Shown: positions 19,016 through 30,299 of the stretch, piece by piece
Numbering within the stretch: position 1 is the stretch's first letter
Layout: each line of letters opens with the position of its first letter
Sequence record: SRR20825006_1663
Reading direction: 5' to 3' (one strand)
Length of the DNA stretch: 36,076 nucleotides
The notes under the pieces: generated by a model
What the model was told of the DNA's origin: nothing
Database searches by the model: none
What the model saw: only the letters and a program-made list of their open reading frames with translations
Made by a program: the position numbers and the translations under genes

Positions 19016-19708
19016 ATGCGTCCAATCGTCCAAATTTCGTTGGACCTGACCAACATTGATGAAGCCCTTGAGACCGCCGAACTGGCCATGCGGGCTGGCG
19101 TGGATTGGTTGGAAGCGGGAACTCCGCTGATTCTTGCCGAAGGCTTGCACGGCGTCCGAGAACTTCGCGCGACGTTTCCCAAAACGCCAATCGTCGCCGA
19201 CCTCAAAACGATGGACGGCGGGTACCTCGAAGCCGAGATGATGGCCAACGCCGGCGCGACCCACGTCGTGGTGATGGCTCGAGCTCATGAAGAAACGATC
19301 CGCTGCGTCGTTAGAGCTGGAGCTGACTTTGGTTGCCAAGTCATGGGCGACAACATGGTCAGCGAAGACATGGTCGCCGGTGCCAAACGACTGGAAGACC
19401 TGGGGTGCGGTTTCGTGATTCACCACATCGGCTACGACGAACGTCGCGGCATTGCAGATCGCGGCGATCGCATGCCCAGTCCGCTCGATCAACTGCGTGA
19501 AGTCGTGGAAGCGGTCGAGGTACCCGTTCAAGCCGTCGGTGGCTTGTCGATCGAACAAGCCATCGAGTGTCCCAAGTACGGCGCCCCTTTGGTGGTTTTG
19601 GGCGCACCTCTGACGATCGACGCCGATGCGTTTCGCACCGCCGATGGTGACCTGGAAGCGTCGCTGCGAATGATCTGCGACGCCGTGCACGCCCAAGATG
19701 TCGCCTAA
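19016..19708 (+). CDS. HPS/KGPDC family (OMP decarboxylase superfamily) protein, 3-hexulose-6-phosphate synthase-like
   Basis: QISLD, LEAGTPLI, IVADLKTMDGG (DxKxxD), HIGYD, AVGGL; substrate not certain. Confidence 0.88.
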   Translation: MRPIVQISLDLTNIDEALETAELAMRAGVDWLEAGTPLILAEGLHGVRELRATFPKTPIVADLKTMDGGYLEAEMMANAGATHVVVMARAHEETIRCVVRAGADFGCQVMGDNMVSEDMVAGAKRLEDLGCGFVIHHIGYDERRGIADRGDRMPSPLDQLREVVEAVEVPVQAVGGLSIEQAIECPKYGAPLVVLGAPLTIDADAFRTADGDLEASLRMICDAVHAQDVA

Positions 19709-19724
19709 CAGCGACAACAAGCTC

Positions 19725-19797
19725 TCTGTCATAACCCGCAGCGTTAGCAAGGGACGGAGTTGCCCCGAACTCCACGCGACTGCCCTCGGATTATCAG
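19725..19797. repeat. Degenerate REP-like palindromic element
   Basis: ataacccgcagcgttagcaaggga left arm, inner hairpin ggagtt-gccccg-aactcc, shortened right arm ccctcggattatcaga; resembles planctomycete intergenic palindromes as recalled. Confidence 0.5.
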
Positions 19798-19841
19798 ACG
19801 TTCCGACTCAACCTTTCTATCGTCAATCAACAGGCAATCCC

Positions 19842-20870
19842 ATGCAATCCGCTGCGGTGGTGAACTACGCTCCCGAACCAGGCTCCGTCGAAATTCGCGA
19901 AATTGATCGTCCGGAGATCGGCTCGCAAGATGTGCTGTTGGAAGTGTCACACGTGGGAGTCTGCGGCAGCGATCTTCATCAGTGGACCGCACACCATTCT
20001 TGGCCGGTGAACTACCCCGTGGTGCTGGGACACGAGTTTGGCGGGCACATCGTGCAGCTTGGTAACGATGTCGAAGGTTGGAAAGAAGGCGACCGCGTGG
20101 TCAGCGAAACCGCCGCGATCATCGACTCAAACAATCCCATGACGCGGCGTGGTCTCTACAACCTGGACCCAACGCGAAAAGGTTTTGGCTACGGAGTCAA
20201 TGGTGCGATGACTCGCTATGTTCGCGTTCCGTCGCGAATTCTTCATGAGGTCCCTCATTCGCTCGCGTTTGAACACGCGTGCCTGACCGAACCCTGCTGC
20301 GTCGCTTACAACGCCGTCGTTCGCAATGCATGCATTGAGCCGGGTGATCGAGTCATCGTGATGGGGCCCGGGACCATTGGCATTTTATGCGCCGCCATGG
20401 CGCGGCTTTGTGGCGCCGAGGTGGCTTTGGTTGGACTGGAGTCCGATCGTCATCGTTTGAACATCGCGGAAGAGAACTACGGCTGCCAAGGCATCGTCGG
20501 TGATCCAACCGATTGGGCCAACCAACGCGACGGGCTGGGATGCGACGGCGTGATCGATGCCGCTGGATCCAGCGTCACGCTTGAAATTGCCATGCAAGTT
20601 GTCCGTCCTGCGGGATGGATCAGCAAAGTTGGCTGGGGTCCACAACCGCTCGGATACAACTTGGATCCGCTGGTCCAAAAGAACGTGACCTTGCAAGGAA
20701 GCTTCAGCCACAACTGGCCGATCTGGGAACGCGTGCTGGCATTGCTCACCAGCGGACAACTGAACGTTGCCCCGATCATCGGCGGCATCTGGCCAATCGA
20801 CCAATGGCAAACCGCCTTTGACAAAATGCATCGTGGCGAAGTCGTGAAATCGGTGCTCCAACCCATTTAA
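19842..20870 (+). CDS. Zn-dependent MDR dehydrogenase (sorbitol/threonine dehydrogenase-like)
   Basis: GVCGSDLH, VLGHEFGG, GDRVV, LTEP, GPGTIG; ATG 19842 preferred over 19698. Confidence 0.92.
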   Translation: MQSAAVVNYAPEPGSVEIREIDRPEIGSQDVLLEVSHVGVCGSDLHQWTAHHSWPVNYPVVLGHEFGGHIVQLGNDVEGWKEGDRVVSETAAIIDSNNPMTRRGLYNLDPTRKGFGYGVNGAMTRYVRVPSRILHEVPHSLAFEHACLTEPCCVAYNAVVRNACIEPGDRVIVMGPGTIGILCAAMARLCGAEVALVGLESDRHRLNIAEENYGCQGIVGDPTDWANQRDGLGCDGVIDAAGSSVTLEIAMQVVRPAGWISKVGWGPQPLGYNLDPLVQKNVTLQGSFSHNWPIWERVLALLTSGQLNVAPIIGGIWPIDQWQTAFDKMHRGEVVKSVLQPI

Positions 20871-20890
20871 TCCCAATTGAACTGTTCAAA

Positions 20891-20920
20891 CGAATTAGCC
20901 GACGGCCGTTAGGCCCGGTT
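20891..20920. repeat. Degenerate half REP-like unit
   Basis: cgaattagccgacggccgttaggcccggtt in the intergenic gap; resembles a Rhodopirellula-type ATTAGCCG..GGCGTTAGCC.CGGTT repeat arm as recalled, partner arm absent. Confidence 0.4.
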
Positions 20921-20954
20921 CTCACATTGCTTCATAGAAAACAGCAGTCCAACC

Positions 20955-21839
20955 ATGCCTCGACTGGCCGCGTTTCCCAAAGCCTACATGACCGCTCTTT
21001 GCAAAGATGGCTCGATGAAGCTGTCCGAGTGGTTTGAGCTCGCCTCGACCCTGGACGTTCAAGGACTGGAGTTCTATGCCGGCTTCCTCGAACTGGATAG
21101 CCAAAGCAATTGGCCCTTGCTACGCCAACAAGTTGCAGACCGTGGGATGGTCATCCCCATGCTTTGTTGCTCACCCGATTTCACCCACCCCGACCAAACG
21201 TTCCGCGACGCTCAAATCCAACGACAACTGCGTTGGATTGAGATGACGGAGACGCTTGGTGGCAGCTACTGCCGAGTGCTCAGCGGACAAAGGCGTCCCG
21301 AATTGACCATCGAGGAAGGCATTCGATTGGCCGCCGACTGCATCACTCAGTGCTTGCCTCATGCCGCCGATCGAGGCATCACGCTGATTCTCGAAAACCA
21401 CTACAAGGATGACTTCTGGGAATACCCCGAGTTTGCCCAATCCATGGATGTGTTTTGCGATCTGGTGTCCTCGATCGATCACCCGAACTTCGGCGTCAAC
21501 TACGACCCCAGCAACGCTTTCTTGGCCGGCGATGATCCTTTGGAATTGCTCCGCCGCGTGTCGGACCGCGTTGTGACCATGCACGCCAGCGATCGCTTTC
21601 TAGTCGAAGGCACGCTCGAGGACCTGCGGGCTGAAGAAAGCGGATCGGTCGGTTACGCTCAACGACTCCGTCATGGTGAAATCGGCAAAGGTCTGAATGA
21701 TTACGATGCGATCTTTCGCGAACTAAAATCCAAAGGGTTTGATTCTTGGATCAGCATCGAAGACGGCGTGGATGGCATCGACCAACTCCGCCGCAGTGCC
21801 GATTTCTTACGCCAAAAGATTGCTGAACATTGGAATTGA
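20955..21839 (+). CDS. Sugar phosphate isomerase/epimerase (xylose isomerase-like TIM barrel, AP_endonuc_2)
   Basis: GLEFY, RVLSG, LILENH, VNYDPSN, TMHASD, IGKGLNDY, ISIED metal-binding pattern. Confidence 0.9.
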   Translation: MPRLAAFPKAYMTALCKDGSMKLSEWFELASTLDVQGLEFYAGFLELDSQSNWPLLRQQVADRGMVIPMLCCSPDFTHPDQTFRDAQIQRQLRWIEMTETLGGSYCRVLSGQRRPELTIEEGIRLAADCITQCLPHAADRGITLILENHYKDDFWEYPEFAQSMDVFCDLVSSIDHPNFGVNYDPSNAFLAGDDPLELLRRVSDRVVTMHASDRFLVEGTLEDLRAEESGSVGYAQRLRHGEIGKGLNDYDAIFRELKSKGFDSWISIEDGVDGIDQLRRSADFLRQKIAEHWN

Positions 21840-21903
21840 TCCGACCGGCCCATCCCACCTTCACTCCATTCAATCATTGCCCCACCTCGAAAGAACGCCG
21901 CTC

Positions 21904-22866
21904 ATGTCTCGTCGCCGGCCAGCCAACATTGACGCAAACATCCTCAAACAGCCCGCTCGGTTCGGTTTCACAATCGCTGCTTGTTTGCTTTTCATCTGCC
22001 TTTCATCGAAGCCGCTCTGTGCAGACGAATCTGACATTGAATTGCTGGCCGAATCTCGCATCGCTGTCGTTGGAGACAGCATCACACAAGCCGGTCACTA
22101 CGTCTCGTTTCTGTCGTATCAGTTGCAAAAGAGTTACCCCAATCGAACCTTCGACGTTTACCCATTGGGATTGTCCAGTGAAACTGTTTCGGGACTAAGC
22201 GAAGATGGTCACGCGGGAGGCCGATTCCCGCGACCATGTTTGTTCGAGCGATTCGACCGATTGCTTAGCAAAGTCAAACCGGACGTTCTGATCGCATGTT
22301 ACGGAATGAACGATGGAATCTACCAACCGCTGGAAAAAAGTCGTTTCGCGGCATTCCAAAACGGCATTCAACACATGATCGCTCAAGCCCAACAGGCCGG
22401 AGTGAAAAAGATCTATCTGGTCACGCCGCCGATCTACGACTACCAACCCACAGACGGTTCCTTCAACTACGAATCGGTGCTTAGCGAATACGCTCGCTGG
22501 GAAACCAAACTGAAGCTCCCCAATGTCAAAGTCATCGACTTGCACACCGCGATGAGAGACGCCCGCAAGAAGCGCGACCAACCGTTTTCCAACGACAAAG
22601 TGCACCCCAATGAGGAAGGGCATTGGCTGATGGCACAAACCATCGCGTCCGCATTGGGAGCAAGCGAAACGAGCATGACATTGGCGGAAGCCAAAGCGGA
22701 TCCCGTGTTCGCGTCGATCGATGCGATCCGCAACCTGCGTTGGAAAGCCTGGATGAACCACATCGGCTACACGCGAGAAAAGACCTATCCACCACAACCC
22801 CTCGGCGGGTCAGAAGCTCTCGTTGCGGAACAGCAGGAAGCGATCAAGACACTTCTTGCCCGGTAA
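21904..22866 (+). CDS. SGNH/GDSL hydrolase (putative carbohydrate acetylesterase), secreted
   Basis: VGDSIT, GLSSETVSG, YGMND, DKVHPNEEGH; signal peptide-like segment. Confidence 0.9.
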   Translation: MSRRRPANIDANILKQPARFGFTIAACLLFICLSSKPLCADESDIELLAESRIAVVGDSITQAGHYVSFLSYQLQKSYPNRTFDVYPLGLSSETVSGLSEDGHAGGRFPRPCLFERFDRLLSKVKPDVLIACYGMNDGIYQPLEKSRFAAFQNGIQHMIAQAQQAGVKKIYLVTPPIYDYQPTDGSFNYESVLSEYARWETKLKLPNVKVIDLHTAMRDARKKRDQPFSNDKVHPNEEGHWLMAQTIASALGASETSMTLAEAKADPVFASIDAIRNLRWKAWMNHIGYTREKTYPPQPLGGSEALVAEQQEAIKTLLAR

Positions 22867-22895
22867 GACATGCAATTTGCTCGGTAAGACATGCA
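22856..22895. repeat. Tandem direct repeat, 19 bp x2, 21-bp period
   Basis: ttgcccggtaagacatgca (22856-22874) and ttgctcggtaagacatgca (22877-22895), 1 mismatch. Confidence 0.85.
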
Positions 22896-23173
22896 TGCGA
22901 AATAGCTACAAATCCTTCGTTTCGCCCAGTTCTCCAACTCAAGAAAGAACCTGAAAAGTTGATTCGAACGCCCCATGGGAGGGCCATCAGTCGATAGACT
23001 AGGGGAGCGTTGTCGATTTGTTTCCCTCCGGCTTTCGTTAAGGGCTGCGGATCGGCCACGCAGGCATGCGGTTGGCCAGCGTTCCAATGGCAAACGCGAG
23101 GCCTTCCGGCCCGTGTCCAGACGGCATGCTTCCCACCAACCAAGCCATCACCCGGGAAAAGACTCGCCAAGCA

Positions 23174-25646
<2,473 letters not shown>

Positions 25647-25657
<11 letters not shown>

Positions 25658-27104
25658 AACATCCGCCTCTTCCAACGGATTCTCACCACGAATTTCGTCG
25701 CGAAGAGAAATGCTGCTGCAATGCGGTGGTGGCTTCGGGTCGCTGGCATTGGCGGGATTGCTACAAGACACCGCGTCGGCCGGGCCCTCTACGGAAGCCC
25801 CCTCGCCGCTGGCATCTAAATTGGTCCATCATCCGGCCAAAGCCAAAAGCGTGATCTTCTTATTCATGGATGGCGGCCCCAGCCATCTGGACACGTTCGA
25901 TCCAAAACCTGAGCTGGAACGGTTGGCGGGCAAACCGATCCCTGAAAGTTTTGGCCGCGTGCTGACGGCCATGGGTGAATTTGATTCTCCAATCCTTCCC
26001 ACCCAACGAAAATGGGCTCAATACGGCGAAGGTGGCCTGTGGATCTCGGATTGGTTGCCACACACCGCGAAGATGGCGGACGAGTTGGCCGTCATTCGCT
26101 CATGCTGGACCAACGGCATCAACCATTCAGGCGGTATCTGCCAAATGAACACGGGCAGCCAGTTCGCTGGGCGTCCTTCGTTGGGTAGTTGGGTCACTTA
26201 TGGAATGGGGACCGAAAATGAAAACCTGCCCGCCTTTGTGGTCATGCAAGAAGGCAAGGGCAGGGTGATCAACGGAGCTCGCAATTGGGGTGCCGGCTTC
26301 ATGCCGGCGATCTATCAAGGCACCACGATGCAGCGTACAGGATCGCCATTTACAAACTTGGACCGCCCCGAGCACGTTGCTGGCCCCCAACAACGCGCTG
26401 CGCTCGATTTCTTGGCCGACCTGAATCAAGCACATGCCGCCGAACGATCCGACAACAGCGAATTGGAAGCCCGTATCCGTAGCTTCGAACTCGCATATCA
26501 AATGCAGTCTCATGCTCCGGATGCGGTGGATCTGTCACAGGAAACCGAGCAAACCAAATCGATGTACGGGCTCGATCAAAAGGAAACTGCCGACTACGGA
26601 CGACAGCTGCTAATGGCTCGGCGTTTAGTCGAACGCGGCGTCCGGTTCGTGCAGTGCTATCACGGCGCGGGAAGCAAGTGGGACGCGCATGCCAAAATCG
26701 AATCCAACCACACACGAATGTGCCGCGGAATGGACTTGCCCGTCGCAGGATTGATCCAAGACCTGAAGCAACGCGGTTTGCTCGATCAAACACTGATCGT
26801 GTGGGGTGGTGAGTTTGGACGGACACCGATGAGCGAGAAGGGTGACGGCCGCGACCACAATCCAACCGGTTTTTCAATGTGGATGGCGGGCGGTGGCGTG
26901 CAAGGTGGCCAGGCCTATGGCACGACCGACGATCTCGGCTTGCACGCCGTGGAAGATCGCTTGCATGTGCACGACATCCATTCCACGATCTTGCACTTGA
27001 TGGGCATCGATCATCGGAAGCTGATTTACTTGCACAAAGGCCGCCCCGAACGGATCGATCAAAACGAGGGCCGGGCTTACACAAAAATTGTGAAAGAGAC
27101 TTAA
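25647..27104 (+). CDS. DUF1501 domain protein (Tat-exported, sulfatase-like fold)
   Basis: SRREML Tat motif, AKAKSVIFLFMDGGPSHLDTFDPKP, ARRLVERGVRFVQ, WGGEFGRTP, GRDHNP; 11-bp overlap with the upstream gene. Confidence 0.94.
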
Positions 27105-27249
27105 AGATATTTCGCGGTTCGGGGAAAGATGGTGCGGTGCTCCACGACTGTTCCGTAGTGGCAACGTTTCACCGCTTGGCGGCATCCTCACCCAATCAAA
27201 TTCCAACGCTTTCGCGTCGCGTTTCTCGAAAACACGAACCCTTCACGTA

Positions 27250-27268
27250 AACGTTTGAGACAAACGTT
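27250..27268. terminator. Perfect 8-bp hairpin between convergent genes
   Basis: aacgtttg-aga-caaacgtt immediately after the phosphoesterase stop; AT-rich stem, no clear U-tract. Confidence 0.25.
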
Positions 27269-27892
27269 CTACTTTGGGACGTCCACCAAAACGCCGCGCG
27301 GCCCAGCGTTCAAAATCGGTGTCGCACCCAGCGTCACTTGGCGTTCCCAATCGCTGTGAATGTGCCCGCAAACGGCGAAACGTGGCTTCTTCGTTAGGAT
27401 CGCATCGCGAATGCTCTGGCTGCCGCGAATTTTGCCGGCGCTGTCGTGATCGACGGTGTCCAGCGCCGGTGAATGCGTGATCAAAATCGCTCCCTCGGGA
27501 CACCCCGCCAGCATCTCGGTGGCTTGGTCTTCATCAAAGTCGTAGCTCCATGCACCAAACGGCGTCACCGGGATTCCGCCGCCCACGCCCCAAACAGGAA
27601 CGGTGCTGTTGTGCAGCTCGATCTCGCATCCTTCCCCGTGCAACACAATCGCGGATTGCCAATTCGCGGTCGCCTCTCGTAATTCGTCCGCCGTCTCGCC
27701 GTTGCCAGGAACCAACACCGTGGGCCGCGTGATCGATTGCAGAATATCCAACGTGTCAGCCAAACCTTCGTGCCGGTTGGCAAAGTCACCAGCACCGAGA
27801 ACCAAGTCCGCTTGATCGGCAAGTTCCACCAACCGCTTGGCGGCCTCCTGGTCGCGATGCAGGTCACTGAAGCAAAGAATTCGAATGGTCAT
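27269..27892 (-). CDS. Calcineurin-like metallophosphoesterase
   Basis: SDLH, AGD, VPGNGE, THSP, CGHIH, LNAG; ATGA overlap with the radical SAM stop. Confidence 0.9.
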   Translation of the reverse strand: MTIRILCFSDLHRDQEAAKRLVELADQADLVLGAGDFANRHEGLADTLDILQSITRPTVLVPGNGETADELREATANWQSAIVLHGEGCEIELHNSTVPVWGVGGGIPVTPFGAWSYDFDEDQATEMLAGCPEGAILITHSPALDTVDHDSAGKIRGSQSIRDAILTKKPRFAVCGHIHSDWERQVTLGATPILNAGPRGVLVDVPK

Positions 27893-29727
27893 GTCGCGTT
27901 CGCCATGTCGGTCAATTGGATGGTCGCTCGAGTTTGTTCTTTCTCAAGATACGTGCGTCCAAACTTCACATTGACGTGATCCCAAGGGAGTTTGTCCATC
28001 ATCTCGTACTTCTGATGAACCTGTTGATCAACATCGATCCCAGCGTCCTCGATCGCTTGCCACCAACGCTCTGAATCGAGGTGCTCAGTCCAACCATCCA
28101 TGCGGGCCCCGCGTTCCCAGGCCAGACGAATGGCTTTCCCGGTCCGCCGGTCACCGCGGCTGATCACGCCTTCCAGCAAACTCGTTTCGATGTCGTGACA
28201 CTTGATGTTCACGCTGCGGATTTTTCGACGCTTCCAGAGGTAGTCGTGGGCCCAGCGGAAATATTCGCGAGACTGCATCCCGTTCCATTGATACGGCGTG
28301 TGTGATTTCGGAACGAAGTTCGAAACGCTGGCCGTGACTCTCGCATACCGGCCGTTGACTTCTTTGCCAACCGTCGAAATCGTTTCTGCCAAGTCAACGA
28401 TGCCGTCCAAATCGACAGGTCGTTCACCAGGCAATCCGCACATGAAGTACAGCTTCACGCTTTCGAATCCATTTTGAAACGCTGCTCGGCAACCCTCGAT
28501 CAGATCGCTGTTCTTGATCTTCTTGCGGATCTGTTGCCGCATGTCATCACGAGCGACTTCGGGGGCCAACGTCAGTGATTTCCGCCGAGTGCTTCCGAGC
28601 AACTCCGGCAGCGTTCGCAGTTGATCGTTGACTCGCAAACTCGGCACACTGATGTTCACATCCAGCGGCACGAAGACTTCATGCAATCGCTTCACCAACT
28701 CAGCAAAGTGCGGGTAGTCACTGCTGGAAAGCGACAGGATGCTGATCTCGTTGAAGCCCGTGCTTCGATAGCTCTCCAGGGCCGCGTCAACAATCGTGTC
28801 AACTTCGCGAATTCGCAGCGGGCGTTTGATAACCGTGCTCTGACAGAACCGGCACAGGTGCGGGCAACCTCGCATGATCTCGATCGCGATTCGGTCGTGC
28901 ACGCAGTTGACGTACGGAACGATGGGATTCGTCGGCAACGGCATGCCATCCAAATCGCTGATCACGCTGGGTGCGATCGTTTCTGGCACGTCATCACGCG
29001 TTCGAACGATCGATCCGATGCGATTGTTGTCGGAGTATTGAGGCTCGTAAAATCGTGGCACATAGGCGAATGGCAATTGCTGAGCCACGCGAGCCAAAGC
29101 GTCTTCGCGTTGCTGGCGTCCTTCTTCGCCAGTCGCATAGCTTCCATCGGGCAACCGAACCTCTTCGCGAAGGCTCAGCCACAAATCGCAGATTTCAGGC
29201 AGCGCCGGTTCACCATCGCCAGTCACCATGACGTCGAAGACATCGGCCATCGGTTCTGGGTTTTGACAACACGGTCCGCCTGCGACCAACAACGGATCCG
29301 CCATCGTCCGATCGACTGCATCGAGCGGCAGACCGCCCAGATCGACCATCGTCAACACGTTGGGCGAGCTGATTTCATACTGCAGCGACAATCCGATGAC
29401 GTCGAACTCGCTGAGCGGCGTGAACGTTTCCAGCGTGTAAAGCGGCAAGTTGTGCTCCCGCAGCTTGGCTTCCATGTCCGGCCAAGGCATGAAGACTCGC
29501 TCAGCACACCAATCGTCTCGCCGATTGATCATCGAATACAGAACTTGCAACCCGTGATGGCTCATCCCGATCGTGTACGCATCAGGGAACCCAACGGCGA
29601 TTTTCCCGCGTAGTTTTCGATGGTCTTTGACGACGATGTTGCGTTCCCCGCCGACATACTGAGCCGGCGTTTGCACGTGAGGCAAAACACGAGATTCGAG
29701 TTTTCGTCGGAGTTCGTGATGAATCAT
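27889..29727 (-). CDS. TIGR03960-type B12-binding radical SAM protein
   Basis: PAQYVGGE.N, FPDAYTIGMSHHG, ERVF.PW.D, GGPC..NPEP, EIMRGCPHLCRFCQ (CxxxCxxC), KLYFMCGLP, FVPKSHTPYQW; ATG 29727 preferred. Confidence 0.92.
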   Translation of the reverse strand: MIHHELRRKLESRVLPHVQTPAQYVGGERNIVVKDHRKLRGKIAVGFPDAYTIGMSHHGLQVLYSMINRRDDWCAERVFMPWPDMEAKLREHNLPLYTLETFTPLSEFDVIGLSLQYEISSPNVLTMVDLGGLPLDAVDRTMADPLLVAGGPCCQNPEPMADVFDVMVTGDGEPALPEICDLWLSLREEVRLPDGSYATGEEGRQQREDALARVAQQLPFAYVPRFYEPQYSDNNRIGSIVRTRDDVPETIAPSVISDLDGMPLPTNPIVPYVNCVHDRIAIEIMRGCPHLCRFCQSTVIKRPLRIREVDTIVDAALESYRSTGFNEISILSLSSSDYPHFAELVKRLHEVFVPLDVNISVPSLRVNDQLRTLPELLGSTRRKSLTLAPEVARDDMRQQIRKKIKNSDLIEGCRAAFQNGFESVKLYFMCGLPGERPVDLDGIVDLAETISTVGKEVNGRYARVTASVSNFVPKSHTPYQWNGMQSREYFRWAHDYLWKRRKIRSVNIKCHDIETSLLEGVISRGDRRTGKAIRLAWERGARMDGWTEHLDSERWWQAIEDAGIDVDQQVHQKYEMMDKLPWDHVNVKFGRTYLEKEQTRATIQLTDMANAT

Positions 29728-29906
29728 AAAAAACTGGCACCAAAAATGGATCGAGTGGTCAAGTGACAACCGGACGTCCATTAAAGCGAATCCGGCCGCT
29801 CGAGTCATCCTCAGCCTCATTGGGGAATTGGCTGGGGTGAGATAAAACGGTTGATCAGAACGCTGAGCGGCGAGAACGCAGTCCAAATCAAACAGAGAAT
29901 CAAGCA

Positions 29907-30227
29907 ATGAGCGAATACGAAAGCGTCGGCAAGGTTTCCGATTTCGAAGACAACGTGGGAAAAGCGGTCCCCGTCGACGGCCGAATGGTCGCGGTTTTTC
30001 GCAAGGGCGACGAATGGTACGCCATCGACGATCTTTGCCCCCACATGGGTGCGTCGCTGGCCGAAGGTCACGTCGAAGATCACTCGGTGACTTGCCCTTG
30101 GCACGCCTGGAGATTCTGCATCAAAGACGGCACCTGGGAAGACAACCCGCGAACCAAAGTCGATTGCTTTGACATCAAAATTGAGAACGACGAGGTTTGG
30201 GTGCGAGAAAAGCCTGACGCGGAATAG
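29907..30227 (+). CDS. Rieske [2Fe-2S] ferredoxin (NirD/dioxygenase ferredoxin-like)
   Basis: CPHMGASLAEG..CPWHAWRF Rieske box pair. Confidence 0.93.
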   Translation: MSEYESVGKVSDFEDNVGKAVPVDGRMVAVFRKGDEWYAIDDLCPHMGASLAEGHVEDHSVTCPWHAWRFCIKDGTWEDNPRTKVDCFDIKIENDEVWVREKPDAE

Positions 30228-30299
30228 AACCGCGTTTCCGCCGCATTCGACACTGCGTTCCCCGCTCGCCACCCACCGCGAATCCCCAATTCAAACCGA

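Noticed and set aside
19016-19708. Calling the gene hxlA (RuMP pathway) or pyrF
   Set aside because: No phi/hxlB neighbour, altered C-terminal loop, and it has HPS/KGPDC rather than OMPDC signatures; symbol withheld
15802-19750. Long minus-strand ORFs (459, 413 and 317 aa)
   Set aside because: Antisense to well-supported GH127, PL1 and HPS-like genes; no recognisable domains
22856-22895. Mini CRISPR array
   Set aside because: Only two copies, 2-bp gap, no spacers, no cas genes
29907-30227. nirD assignment
   Set aside because: No nirB or nitrogen assimilation genes nearby; Rieske ligands fully intact as in generic ferredoxins
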